Made by a program: the position numbers and the translations under genes. This document shows positions 26,201 to 35,459 of a stretch of 64,000 nucleotides of DNA, in pieces. Origin of the DNA: Armatimonadota bacterium (GTDB lineage Bacteria; Armatimonadota; Fervidibacteria; Fervidibacterales; Thermosaccharophagaceae); NCBI GenBank assembly GCA_025062195.1, contig JANXAS010000012.1, forward strand, positions 3,237-67,236. The letters are read 5' to 3'. The notes under the pieces are model-generated. The model was not told where the DNA came from, searched no databases, and saw only the letters and a program-made list of their open reading frames with translations. The stretch's first letter is position 1. Every line of letters starts with the position of its first letter.

Positions 26201-26989
26201 GCGTTGGCACAACAACTCCTTGAGGCACTTGACGGTGGCGAGTCCATCCTTGGTGAGCTTGATTGGTTCGTCTCATCTTGGGAAAGACTGCTAAGCAGCT
26301 ACATAAGCGATTACTTGAGGCATCATGAGAACGAACATAGCGTCTCACGCTTTGAGCCATACATCAAAATTAGACGCCACAGCGCATTCAGGCTGCTTAA
26401 CCGAATGGCACAATTGCGCTTGCCGATGAGGGAAGCAATTGAAGCGATGAGAACAGTTAGCGCCGAGCTGTCAAAGCAATGTGCCATAACAAAGGAACAA
26501 CTCGCACGCCAGCTTTACAGCTCGCCAATATGCCAGAGTTGTAAATTGATGCTCGGAGAACACATTCCGCTTGTTCCCCCGGAGGAGATAACAAGCACCC
26601 TTGAAGAGATGGCTAAGGAATGCAAGGGGCGTTTTCTCTCACACGATGTCAGGGGCAAGATTAGTTCATTCATGGAACGCCTCCCAGCATCCACCACTAA
26701 GCAGCGTTTGGAACGCCTGCTTAACTTGAGCATAAGTGATAGCCACGATGTCTGGCTTGAAGCGCTCAGCGACGATGTGATCGAATGCATTAACACGGCA
26801 TTGTCACCGACACCGACCGCTATAAGGAGTTTGCAATCGCTGTGTGAAAGGCTTGTTGGAAGCGAGGTGACTAAGGCACAAGCTGTAAGGGTGTTTTTAA
26901 ATTGGCTTGACGAGCCAACGCAACTGAAGCCGTTTGATGTTGTCCGCTTCATAAGAGGCGAAGATGCGAGTCAACAAAACAACCGGTGA
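23210..26989 (+). CDS. Large (~1260 aa) P-loop NTPase, BrxC/PglY/DUF6079-like
   Basis: Walker A is LSGAYGTGKSHMLA and Walker B-like is CTLWVIDELSMFL. The N-terminus is MRIGDLIELKSVPTVIQLE. The remainder is long and mostly helical. An AGAGGTGAG Shine-Dalgarno site precedes the ATG at 23210. The family assignment is from recollection of the GxxGxGKSH signature. Confidence 0.7.
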   Translation: MRIGDLIELKSVPTVIQLEGVSHAVGAEFEGTSQRALRELVSTYLIIRGANEAALESILTTMTKETGCAHMLSGAYGTGKSHMLALIGLLCQFQWARELFASSHERYSKLMDELAKRKWLVTFTSLDAYSPTAPLEQIIWDETVASLKRTHPHAVGQKLPSEMPSSRAEALTMLQSAANALGYDCTLWVIDELSMFLGAKGHRELQADASFLQFIAQHCQRSRAWLIVAIQKTIEELGELEPYSLTQIKDRYVRHTLSFAHARQLIRKNLLPPKDGRQFAQVMLQWHRKLLESFPMIDFSAEELIACYPLHPFTLACLERATGRFFSRTRSIVDFVQKQAQELVDCDAFQLITPDAIYEHFYADIISHPELHPYADEVIPYLDERVSELFPERQKAMRKLARALVVFKMAGIDASVRKLAHTFLWDLGLGAEMNYSYMLSLLETLRTNANYIDCVRREEDYGDTYSIDLGATVTEMLQRRLQALIETFSDEDIRVVEYALRTMSTSHLPVPQIGTGHTFTTQWQNASFSLMLQCVDLRELTKDWMLNLQNYIASPSCAYDVHALIAPPIAADEQMKSAIELLYSLEENRFRYAIPILIPRAVGRGEMMRLMENAAASILASDPSLKDSDIGVAIYKRLREEENARASETQRILRNAYLNGTLLIGGKKLPISALIPTEASISDVFTAIAGASIPKVFPQFSSVAPRSPVRPSDEHRKLVNAILAGEGIQKLSADLRELWRCIAIPLGITAQLLDGTAPCDGAARLISELIAGADVPIAYEQIISMARKSEYGLREEQCELLIAALLKRGEALAHDRYGATLSLQRLSSPLRRCVATLSTAPLIERETWEEAILYADGLSILPSELEMKFHPAVQQMLWQSIVSWKEHASGICEQAHRELLSLMTQLQHSNALWSHSLNAIGTVGVAISAVAAEAIAHEGLKGWVATLEVNGISWEELKSAWSRCTQLHDALVAHGEKLRKIHAWLTDVSLRLSGDAKALAQQLLEALDGGESILGELDWFVSSWERLLSSYISDYLRHHENEHSVSRFEPYIKIRRHSAFRLLNRMAQLRLPMREAIEAMRTVSAELSKQCAITKEQLARQLYSSPICQSCKLMLGEHIPLVPPEEITSTLEEMAKECKGRFLSHDVRGKISSFMERLPASTTKQRLERLLNLSISDSHDVWLEALSDDVIECINTALSPTPTAIRSLQSLCERLVGSEVTKAQAVRVFLNWLDEPTQLKPFDVVRFIRGEDASQQNNR

Positions 26990-27195
26990 CAACTTATAAA
27001 AAGCGACATCATCCCAAGAAATTAAGGCAACATGATGGCAAAAACTCTATGCTGTAAAGTCGCCTCTTATTGGCGAGGGAAATTTAACGGCAGCCGCGAC
27101 AACCCCCAAAGATACAGAGAACTAAAGAGTGGCACAGCGCACAAGATGCGCTTAAAAGCGTGCGGACAATGGTATACCACACTCGCAAGTCACTG

Positions 27196-28005
27196 TCAAA
27201 GCCATTCCGGAAGCTTATCAGAGTGTTTCCTGAAGATGATTAGACCGAGAAGGAAGACAGCAGCTGATATTACAAGCGCTATGCCGATGTGCACCCAGTC
27301 AACTGGCAATGGTTCTTTTTCGGGCAGCGGTGGTGGATACATGAGCAAGCGCCTGTAAGCGTCAATGTATACGGCGAGAGGGTTGAGCATATACAAGTTG
27401 AGCCAATTGGTTGGAACATCCTCAAGGAAATACATGATGGGCACAGCAAAGTATAGCCACTTCAACGAAGTGTCAGCGATGAATTTCACATCGTGGTAAT
27501 AAACTGTCCAGCAGGAGAGCATAAGCGCCAAACCCATACATAGCATAGTTTGACCGAAGATGATAATCGGCACAAAGAATGCCTTCGGTTGAATGTGAAC
27601 ATTTAAAGCCAATAAGTAGATGAGCAGCACGAGCATGCTTATAAGGAAGTGAATTAGGTTGCTCAGGACGGATACGACTGGCAATACCTCCCTTGGGAAT
27701 GGGAAGGCTTTGACCAGCGAACCGTGATGAAGGATGGATGAGCATCCATCAAGTATTGAGGCGCTGAAGAATTGCCATGCAAAAACGACGCACATAAAGT
27801 ATGCGGATATGTTAGGCAGGTCGCGCTTGAAGAAATGCTCAACAACGATTACGAGTATGAGCACCTGCGCAATTGGTGGCGCAAGCGACCAAAGTATACC
27901 AAGCATTGTTCGCTTATAGCGTAGGCGCAACTCGCGCCAGACAAGCACATAGATAAGTTGCCTGTAGTATATGGTGCTCAAAAGTGAATCCACAATGTAG
28001 CTCAC
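27196..28005 (-). CDS. ABC-2 type transporter permease (Wzm/TagG/KpsM-like polysaccharide-export permease)
   Basis: The N-terminus YRQLIYVLVWRELRLRYKRTMLGILWSLAPPI is typical of Wzm-type permeases, and there are six hydrophobic segments. It overlaps the upstream M16 gene by 4 nt. No cognate ATPase gene is adjacent. Confidence 0.8.
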   Translation of the reverse strand: MSYIVDSLLSTIYYRQLIYVLVWRELRLRYKRTMLGILWSLAPPIAQVLILVIVVEHFFKRDLPNISAYFMCVVFAWQFFSASILDGCSSILHHGSLVKAFPFPREVLPVVSVLSNLIHFLISMLVLLIYLLALNVHIQPKAFFVPIIIFGQTMLCMGLALMLSCWTVYYHDVKFIADTSLKWLYFAVPIMYFLEDVPTNWLNLYMLNPLAVYIDAYRRLLMYPPPLPEKEPLPVDWVHIGIALVISAAVFLLGLIIFRKHSDKLPEWL

Positions 28006-29312
28006 TGGTGTTCACTCCAGGGTCCGGCTACAACGGTTGAGAGCGAGTCAACATTGATGTGCCTCCTTGCAGTTTCAATCACCTGCTCAAGTGTGATTGA
28101 GCGGTATATTTCCTCCCGCTTCCTTAGGTAGTCAACTCCAAGCTCATACATGTGCGCATCCAGGACTGCTTGAGCCATCCCAGAGTTGGTTTCAATGCGG
28201 AAGTTAAAGCCACCGACAATGTAGTTTACGGCGTCACTCAACTCAACAGCGCTTGGTGGCTCATCGCCGCATATGGCTGCAACTTGCTTTCGGATGCTAT
28301 CAATCGCTTTCCTAACATTTGCTGGGTCAACTCCAGCACCAGCTATAAACATGCCTTTACCCCATTGCCCCAATATGCGGGACCAAACGCTATAGGCGAG
28401 CCCTTCTATCCCTCTGACCCTATTGAACAACCTTCCAATGCCAGCGCTCCCACCGAGTATACAATTGAAGACATTGAGAGCGTAATAGTCTGGGTCACGA
28501 CGGCTCACGCAAATTTGACCGAGCATTACAGCAACCTGTGATTTGTCAACCATAGTGCGAACTTCAAACCTTGGCGGCTGTAGTTGCACATCGGCTATTT
28601 TCAGCGTTTCAACTTCGTTGCTGCCAGCCTCCCAACCACCAAAATACCGTTCAGCCAATTTGAAGGCTTCTTCCGGCGCTATGTCCCCAACAACAGCAAA
28701 CGCAGCTCCGTTGGGACGATACCAGCGTGAATGAAATTCAAGGAGAGCGTTGTTATCTACTCTGAGGATGCTGTCTTCCTCACCCTCCACAAGATGCTTA
28801 TAGGGATGCTCTGAAGGATACAACGTCTGACGCATCATCTTTGCCGCAACAGCCCATGGGTCATCTTCACGGGTGCGAAGCAGAGTTATTGTGCGCAGCT
28901 TGCATTTCTCAAGCTCCTCGTGCGGGAATGACGGATTGAGCAATACATCCGCAAGCACATCCATTGAACGCTCAACATACCTTGAAAGGCATTCCACACC
29001 AAAGCCGGCAAAGTCATACGCACACCAAGTCCATATGCGGGCGCCGATGTCCTCAAGCTCCTCAGCAATTTGAACCCATGTGCGCTTTACAGTGCCCTTT
29101 GTAAGCATTTGAGATGTCATGTTCGCTAACCCGCGCATGTTGGGTTCGTCTCTGACGCTGCCAGCCTTTACAGAACCGCAAATTGTCACGCTCGGATGAT
29201 TGCGCTTCTCAATGGCTATGACCGTAACTCCGTTGCCAAGCACATGCACAGCTGGCTCACAATGCACAGATTTGCAGGGCGCATTCCCCCCACAGCACAG
29301 GCATACTGTCAT
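28002..29312 (-). CDS. M16 family peptidase, non-catalytic (beta-like) subunit
   Basis: It has the insulinase-fold length and layout. The position of the HxxEH zinc motif is degenerate (GLANMTSQMLTKGT). I placed the start at MTVCL (ATG at 29312), after a GAGGTG site. Confidence 0.75.
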   Translation of the reverse strand: MTVCLCCGGNAPCKSVHCEPAVHVLGNGVTVIAIEKRNHPSVTICGSVKAGSVRDEPNMRGLANMTSQMLTKGTVKRTWVQIAEELEDIGARIWTWCAYDFAGFGVECLSRYVERSMDVLADVLLNPSFPHEELEKCKLRTITLLRTREDDPWAVAAKMMRQTLYPSEHPYKHLVEGEEDSILRVDNNALLEFHSRWYRPNGAAFAVVGDIAPEEAFKLAERYFGGWEAGSNEVETLKIADVQLQPPRFEVRTMVDKSQVAVMLGQICVSRRDPDYYALNVFNCILGGSAGIGRLFNRVRGIEGLAYSVWSRILGQWGKGMFIAGAGVDPANVRKAIDSIRKQVAAICGDEPPSAVELSDAVNYIVGGFNFRIETNSGMAQAVLDAHMYELGVDYLRKREEIYRSITLEQVIETARRHINVDSLSTVVAGPWSEHQ

Positions 29313-29337
29313 CCAATTCACCTCGCAATGGCACAGG

Positions 29338-30615
29338 TTAGCGAGCGACCTCGGGTGCTTTTGACCTTCTTGAGGAAGTCGGGATGAAGTGACCGATAGT
29401 GCGATTGTCCTCGTGCAGATAGCGTTGCGCCATCAGCTGCACATCATTTACAGTTACAGTCCTTATGCGCTCAAGCAATTCATCAGCATACCTGTAGCTT
29501 GCTATGATTTCAAAGAAGCCAAGTTGCATCGCCCTCATTGAGACCCCCTCTTGGGAATAAATGAAAGAGGCTTCAACTTGGTTAAGTGCCCTCTGAAGTT
29601 CTTGTAGAGATATCCCATCTTGGGCGATTCGCTCAACCTCCGTTAGAAGTGCCTTTTCAAGCTGCTCAACGGTGACTCCATCTCTTGCCTGAGAGCGCAG
29701 CCAAAGCAGTGACGGCTCCTTCGCAATGTGCAAGTGCGCGCTTGCCCATACCGCTATGTTTCCTTCAACCAAGTTTCGGTATAGCCTTGAACTCCTGCCC
29801 ATGCTAAGCACAGCTTCAAGGGCATATAGAGCTGGTATGTCCTCATGTCCAGCTTGCGGTATGTGATAGGCGATAAAGACATACTCACCATGCGCTTCCC
29901 TTTTGACCACGGTTCGTCTCTCACCTCTTTGGGGTGGTTCTTTTGTCCTCGGCTCAGGTGGTGTCTCGCCGCGCTCAAAATCGCCAAAGTGTTTTTTGGC
30001 GAGCTCAAAGACATAAGCTGCGCTTACATCACCGACAACAACGAGCACTGCATTGTTTGGCGCATAATAGCGCTTATAATACATGAACAGTTCGTCACGA
30101 GTTATTGAGCGCAAATCGGATTCATACCCAATGACGCTCCAACGATATGGATGCGCCAAAATGGCTGTAGCTAAGACAGCCTCCTCAAGCAGGAATTCTG
30201 GATGATTCTCAGCCCCTTGGCGCTCGCTTATGATGACCATGCGCTCAGCCTCAACTTCCTTAGGGTCAAAGATGGCATTGCTCATCCTGTCAGATTCAAT
30301 TTCAATGGCAAGCTCTATATCGCTTGAGGGCAAATCCTCAAAGTAAGCGGTATAATCACGGGATGTGAATCCGTTCCAGCGCCCACCCTTGCGCTCAATC
30401 AAGCGCATCAACAACTCTTTTGGAAACTTCGGCGTCCCTTTAAAGAGCATATGCTCAACCCAATGAGATATGCCGGTTATACCCGGATGCTCGTTTCTTG
30501 AGCCGAGGTTATACCACACATAGCAGCTTGCAAGCGGCATTGTATGGTCTTCCTTGACAAGCACCTTTAAACCATTATCCAATACCCCTTCAACGACACC
30601 ATTAGAAAGCCTCAT
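29338..30615 (-). CDS. M16 family zinc peptidase, catalytic subunit
   Basis: The inverted zinc motif HWVEHMLFKGT (HxxEH) is present, along with LDNGLKVLV at the N-terminus. The start could instead be at 30636. Confidence 0.85.
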   Translation of the reverse strand: MRLSNGVVEGVLDNGLKVLVKEDHTMPLASCYVWYNLGSRNEHPGITGISHWVEHMLFKGTPKFPKELLMRLIERKGGRWNGFTSRDYTAYFEDLPSSDIELAIEIESDRMSNAIFDPKEVEAERMVIISERQGAENHPEFLLEEAVLATAILAHPYRWSVIGYESDLRSITRDELFMYYKRYYAPNNAVLVVVGDVSAAYVFELAKKHFGDFERGETPPEPRTKEPPQRGERRTVVKREAHGEYVFIAYHIPQAGHEDIPALYALEAVLSMGRSSRLYRNLVEGNIAVWASAHLHIAKEPSLLWLRSQARDGVTVEQLEKALLTEVERIAQDGISLQELQRALNQVEASFIYSQEGVSMRAMQLGFFEIIASYRYADELLERIRTVTVNDVQLMAQRYLHEDNRTIGHFIPTSSRRSKAPEVAR

Positions 30616-30804
30616 AACCTTCACCACCCATACCATCAGAAACAGCCTCAGCTGTAACGCTGTAACTATGTAACCTGTAACTATCGCTCCACCTCAACTT
30701 GGCGTAAGTTTTCCTTTCATGCTTGCCCCACATGAGAAGCGAGGACACGCCTTTAACAAACTGGCAACTACCGCAGTGCCGATGATGCAACTTGCGATAC
30801 ACAT

Positions 30805-32817
30805 TCACTTGCGCACAATGTTGAGCACACCACCAGCAAGGATAATTTCAACTTGCCGTCTTGTGAGCGAGTATTGAAGTGAAAATTCTCTTTCCTTGCT
30901 CAAGTTGCGCACAAGTATTGGAAGACCCTCCATGAGCCGTTCAACGACATCTGGCATCTCAAGCTCATCGCCTTGAGAGATGAATTCATACTCTTCGTTT
31001 CTTGAAAATGTGAGCGGCAATATCCCGAAGTTGACCAAGTTAGCATGGTGTATTCTGGCAAATGATTTAGCTATGACAGCGCGCACACCCAAGTATCGTG
31101 GTGCAAGCGCTGCATGCTCTCTGCTTGAGCCTTGCCCATAATTCTCTCCACCAACAATGAAGCCGCCAGAATGCGCTTTTGCGCGCCAAACGAATTTCGG
31201 GTCAAGCCGCTCAAACACAAACTCCGATATCGCAGGCAAGTTGGAGCGCAACGCCATCACCTTTGCTCCGCCCGGGAGTATATCGTCGGTCGTGATGTTA
31301 TCGCCCAACTTGATGAGCACAATGCCATTTAGTTTTTCTGGGAGCGGCTCAAACTGTGGCAACGGCTTTATATTCGGTCCACGAAGGACTTCAACCTCGC
31401 TTGGCTTGTCAGCGGGTGGCAAGATGAGCGAATCATCAATCTCAAACCTATCGGGAATGCTAACTTTTGGCGGTTCGCCAAATTTCCTTGGGTCGGTTAT
31501 TACACCGGTGAGCGCAGCAACAGCTGCCGTCTCCGGGCTGCACAGGTAGACCATATCATCCTTTGTTCCGCTCCTGCCCTTAAAGTTGCGATTGAATGTG
31601 CGCAACGAAATACCACCGCTTGGTGGCGCTTGCCCCATACCTACACAAGGACCGCAAGCACACTCAAGCAGCCGGACGCCAGCTGAGAGCAGTTCAGAAA
31701 GAGCACCACTCCTCGCAAGCGCTAATAGCACCTGTCTTGAACCAGGTGAAAGTGTGACACTCACATTTGGGTGAACTCTTTTACCACGCAGTATTTCGGC
31801 GACGACCATTAGGTCACGATAGGATGAGTTTGTGCAGCTGCCAATGCAAACTTGATCAACCACTGTCCCTTCAAGTTCGCTCACCGGCTTTACATTGTCA
31901 GGGCTTGATGGGCACGCAATTAAAGGCTCAAGCGAACAAAGGTCAATTTCAATCTCTTCGTCATATTCGGCATCACCATCGGCTACAAGGTGTCTCCACG
32001 CCCCTTCCCTGCCCTGTGCGCGCAAAAATGCAAGTGTCTGTTCATCGCTTGGGAAAATACTGGTTGTGGCGCCAAGTTCTGTCCCCATGTTGGCTATCGT
32101 AGCTCTGTCTGGCACAGACAAAGTTAGTGTGCCATCGCCGCCGTATTCAAACAGCTTTCCGACACCACCCTTAACGGTGAGTCTTCTCAGAAGCTCAAGT
32201 ATCACATCCTTCGCTGAAACCCAATCCGGCAACCTGCCAGTTAGCCTGACGAGCACTATCTTTGGCATAATCAACCTGAATGGTTCGCCAGCCATAGCAA
32301 GCGCAACATCAAGCCCACCAGCACCAATGGCTAACATTCCGATGCCACCACAAGTTGAGGTATGGCTATCAGAGCCGAGGAGTGATTCCCCTGGCACAGC
32401 AAACCTTTCAAGGTGCACTTGATGGCAAATGCCATTGCCGGGGCGCGAAAAGTGAATGCCATACTTGGCTGAGAATGTCTGAAGGAAACGATGGTCATCA
32501 GCATTCTCAAAACCAAGTTGCAACATGTTGTGATCAACATAGCAGACGGATAACTTTGTGCGCACGCGCTCAACACCCATCGCCTCAAATTCCAGGCATG
32601 CCATCGTTCCAGTTGCATCTTGAATGAGCGTCTGATCAATTCGTATGGCAATCTCACATCCCGCAGTTGGCTCACCTTCAACAAGATGCTCATCAATGAC
32701 TTTCCTTGCAATACTCCTACCGATGGTGACCACCCCTTCCTTACAGGAGTTACACATTTGGCGATGTTTGAAGGAACAAGCAAAGGTCTGCTCACAAAAC
32801 ATTCCCCAAACAAACAT
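30805..32817 (-). CDS. acn: Aconitate hydratase (compact ~650-aa aconitase family)
   Basis: The Fe-S ligand regions are GSDSHT, CIGSCTNSSY and CGPCVGMG. The swivel domain has GENYGQGSSREHAA. The exact start is uncertain because the first ~25 codons of the ORF look non-native. Confidence 0.85.
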   Translation of the reverse strand: MFVWGMFCEQTFACSFKHRQMCNSCKEGVVTIGRSIARKVIDEHLVEGEPTAGCEIAIRIDQTLIQDATGTMACLEFEAMGVERVRTKLSVCYVDHNMLQLGFENADDHRFLQTFSAKYGIHFSRPGNGICHQVHLERFAVPGESLLGSDSHTSTCGGIGMLAIGAGGLDVALAMAGEPFRLIMPKIVLVRLTGRLPDWVSAKDVILELLRRLTVKGGVGKLFEYGGDGTLTLSVPDRATIANMGTELGATTSIFPSDEQTLAFLRAQGREGAWRHLVADGDAEYDEEIEIDLCSLEPLIACPSSPDNVKPVSELEGTVVDQVCIGSCTNSSYRDLMVVAEILRGKRVHPNVSVTLSPGSRQVLLALARSGALSELLSAGVRLLECACGPCVGMGQAPPSGGISLRTFNRNFKGRSGTKDDMVYLCSPETAAVAALTGVITDPRKFGEPPKVSIPDRFEIDDSLILPPADKPSEVEVLRGPNIKPLPQFEPLPEKLNGIVLIKLGDNITTDDILPGGAKVMALRSNLPAISEFVFERLDPKFVWRAKAHSGGFIVGGENYGQGSSREHAALAPRYLGVRAVIAKSFARIHHANLVNFGILPLTFSRNEEYEFISQGDELEMPDVVERLMEGLPILVRNLSKEREFSLQYSLTRRQVEIILAGGVLNIVRK

Positions 32818-32989
32818 ATGGGTAGCTTAAAAACCGCTTTTGTTAGCCTTTAAGAATCAATGGGGCGCTTTGCACGGCGCCTAACTTACTATCAGCCCAC
32901 TAACCCTTGCAAAGTTTAGAATGACGCACTTGCAGCAATCTTTGCACAGACTAATTTGGGACAACATGCACACGAGGATGAGAATGTGA

Positions 32990-33870
32990 AGCTTCTGTCA
33001 AACCCTAACGGTTAGTTTAGGCTTATAGCGTTTCAAGAACGGTTTAGCTCAGGCATTCTGAAAAGTTGTGGTTTGCAGTCCGCCAGATAGCATAGTGGTG
33101 GCTTTGATTTTTCTGACGGCACCCCACTTTTGCTCTGCGCCTTATAAAAAGCGCATATGCCGCATCAACTTCTTCGCTCCCCGCTAAAAATTTTGTTGCT
33201 TAGGTTCGTAGTTAGCCACGAAGCGATAGCAAAGCGGCGTCAAAATTTGTTTGAGTTCGTATTTAGCCACCAACCAAAGTGGCATCGTAAGTTGTCCCTT
33301 AGTTCCCTTGTCCCTTGCCCCATTTTTGACGGCACTACGCTTCGCTTCGTGCCTTACTACGAACCAGTGGGAGGGCGAGGTTCCCTACGAACCAGTGGGA
33401 GGGCGAGGCTCCCTACGAACCAGTGGGAGGGCGAGGCTCCCGCCGAGCTAAAGTTTTTCAGCAAAGAAAATCGTAGGGCAGGACCACTGCCCTGCCGAAA
33501 AATCGGCAAGCCAGTAGGCTTATCCTCCGAAACAATAAAAATCGTGACAGGAAAATTCGGAGGGCAAGGCTACTGCCGAGCCGAAAAGAAATTTTTCTCG
33601 CCGTCTAAAGATGGCGCTAAGAGAATTCGTCATTAACCATGAGCTAAAGCCCATAGCATGGTTTTGAAAAAGCGTGGTCGTTTATCCATGCCGCTGGCTT
33701 TAGCTGTTGGTGATGACGAAACAAATGAGCACCGAATTCAATCGGCGAAAATCTTGACCGTCGTCCAAAGAGAGCACATAAGGATTCGCCAGCTATTATG
33801 GGCTAAAGACCACAGCATAGTCGTGAAAAAGAGCGCTTACTAACAACATTTGAAGCAAAGAGCGAACCTG
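32990..33870. repeat. Intergenic repeat cluster with rearranged copies of the same modules
   Basis: The module A subfamily-1 copy at 33170-33365 is nearly identical to 20470-20625. The stretch 33599-33675 is almost identical to 20330-20410 (CGTCTAAAGATGGCGCTAAGAGAATTCGTCATT.ACCATGAGCTAAAGCCCATAGCA). The stretch 33687-33870 is a more diverged second copy of the CCATGCC.CTGGCTTTAGC...CATTTGAAGCAAAGAGCGAAC part. Confidence 0.85.
33357..33440 (+). repeat. Three perfect or near-perfect tandem 28-nt units
   Basis: CTACGAACCAGTGGGAGGGCGAGG(T/C)TCC occurs three times head to tail. It is followed by CGCCGAGCTAAAG, which is the usual continuation of this module elsewhere. Confidence 0.95.
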
Positions 33871-34301
33871 ATTACTCAACACCGGATGAGTTCAGTTCTC
33901 AATCGTGGAAGTTACACAGCTGGCATTGCTTTGCAAGTCAGAGCGATAGTCCTACAGAAAATCAATACAAGAACGAACTGAGCAAACGGCGCAAATGGTA
34001 AATACAAAAGTCCTAAACAAAGTGTTCTGTGGGTGAAGCCACTCTACCAGCGCGCAATTCAAGAGCGAATGTTGCCGGCAGTTAACAACTCTCCCTATCA
34101 ACTGTGCAACTTAATTGCTTCATCATTAGAAGCTGCCTAAAGCCAATAGCATGTGTGACTATGAGCAGCAGCTTTTGAGCAAAGAGCAAATTTCTCAAGG
34201 CAGCATTATTTACTTGGGTGCAGCTTAAAGGCGTTGCTTACACATGGTTTTGGCTCACTTTGAGTCCGCCCTAAAGAAGTTAAATCTCGGAGGCGGTTAA
34301 A

Positions 34302-35459
34302 TTGAATCGAGGAGCTGATGTCATTGTCGTCGGCAGCGGGATAATTGGGGCTTCGTGTGCTCACTATCTCGCTAAAGCCGGCTTTAAGGTGCATGTGATT
34401 GAAGCACAAGCAAGCATATGCGCCGGCACTTCAAAGGCTTGTGATGGGTTCGTATCGGTATGGGACAAGCTGGACGAAGCTTCGTTTGAGCTGGCGCACA
34501 TGAGCGCACAGATGTGGGCAGAGCTGAGTGAGGAATTGACGGTCAAGTTTGATTATCGGCGATGCGGGCACTTGCTCATCACAGGCACTGAGGTGGGCGT
34601 GAATCAGCTCGGTGATATATGCAAGCGAACGCGCTTAGCGGGTGAGCCAGCGGAACTGTTGGATGAGACAAAGCTTCGTTCCTTAATCCCGCAACTCAGT
34701 CACAGTGTGACTAATGGATTGCTGTTGCCAAATGAGGCGCAAGTTGATCCAAGGAAAGCAACTGTAGCGTTGCTCAACGAGGCTAAGATGAGCGGTGCGA
34801 AAATATCGGTCAGCATGCCGGTCATCGGATTCTTGATGAGCGGTGGGCGAATTAGAGGGGTCAAGACTGCTGACGGTGAAATTGGCTGTGAACTTGTAGT
34901 TGTTGCGACCGGTGTGTGGACTTCTGAGCTGATTGAGAGGGGTGTCGGTATCAAGCTGCCGATAGTGCCGAGGAAGGGGCATGTGCTTGTCCTTGAGCGC
35001 TCCAGCTTCACCATCCCGCATCTGTTGGCAGAGGTCGGCTACATTGGTAGCTTGGTTAGCGCCGATGGTTTACAGGTTGCATTTGTCCTTGAACAGACAG
35101 TTGACGGGACAATATTAGTTGGCAGCAGCCGGGAACTCGGTAAGGGCGATAGCACCGTGGAGTTGAATGTGGTAACAGCGATTGCACAGCGCGCAATTTC
35201 GGTCATGCCGCCATTGCGCAATTTGCTCCTCATACGAACATATGCTGGTTTACGCCCTTGGACACCAGACATGATGCCTATCATCGGCAAGATTGACGGA
35301 TTGGATGGAATGCTCATAGCAGCCGGTCATGAAGGTGGTGGAATATGCATGGCACCAGCAACTGGACAGCTGATAACGAAAATCGTGCTCGGTGAGGAGC
35401 TGCCCTCCTTTGCCAAAGCGTTCTCACCAACAAGGTTCCTTAAAGGGCAAAGAAGTTGA
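34302..35459 (+). CDS. FAD-dependent oxidoreductase (DAO family; glycine/D-amino-acid/sarcosine oxidase-like)
   Basis: The dinucleotide fold is DVIVVGSGIIGASCAHYLAKAGFKVHVIE, and the C-terminal motif is GHEGGGICMAPATG. The start codon is TTG, with GGAGG 8 nt upstream. Confidence 0.8.
   Translation: MNRGADVIVVGSGIIGASCAHYLAKAGFKVHVIEAQASICAGTSKACDGFVSVWDKLDEASFELAHMSAQMWAELSEELTVKFDYRRCGHLLITGTEVGVNQLGDICKRTRLAGEPAELLDETKLRSLIPQLSHSVTNGLLLPNEAQVDPRKATVALLNEAKMSGAKISVSMPVIGFLMSGGRIRGVKTADGEIGCELVVVATGVWTSELIERGVGIKLPIVPRKGHVLVLERSSFTIPHLLAEVGYIGSLVSADGLQVAFVLEQTVDGTILVGSSRELGKGDSTVELNVVTAIAQRAISVMPPLRNLLLIRTYAGLRPWTPDMMPIIGKIDGLDGMLIAAGHEGGGICMAPATGQLITKIVLGEELPSFAKAFSPTRFLKGQRS

Noticed and set aside
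20000-32000. A complete BREX/Pgl system around the BrxC/PglY-like ATPase
   Set aside because: No methyltransferase, PglZ-like phosphatase, Lon-like protease, kinase or other helicase ORF is present on either side. The neighbours are ordinary metabolic or envelope genes.
33157-33636. 159-aa ORF, and the similar 78-aa ORF at 20473-20709 (shared peptide LRFVVSHEAIAK.RQNLFEFVFS)
   Set aside because: The similarity arises only because both read through copies of the non-coding module A repeat. The ORFs continue through tandem GGGAGGGCGAGG units, which give the GSLALP/WEGEAP-type pseudo-peptides. There is no ribosome-binding site.
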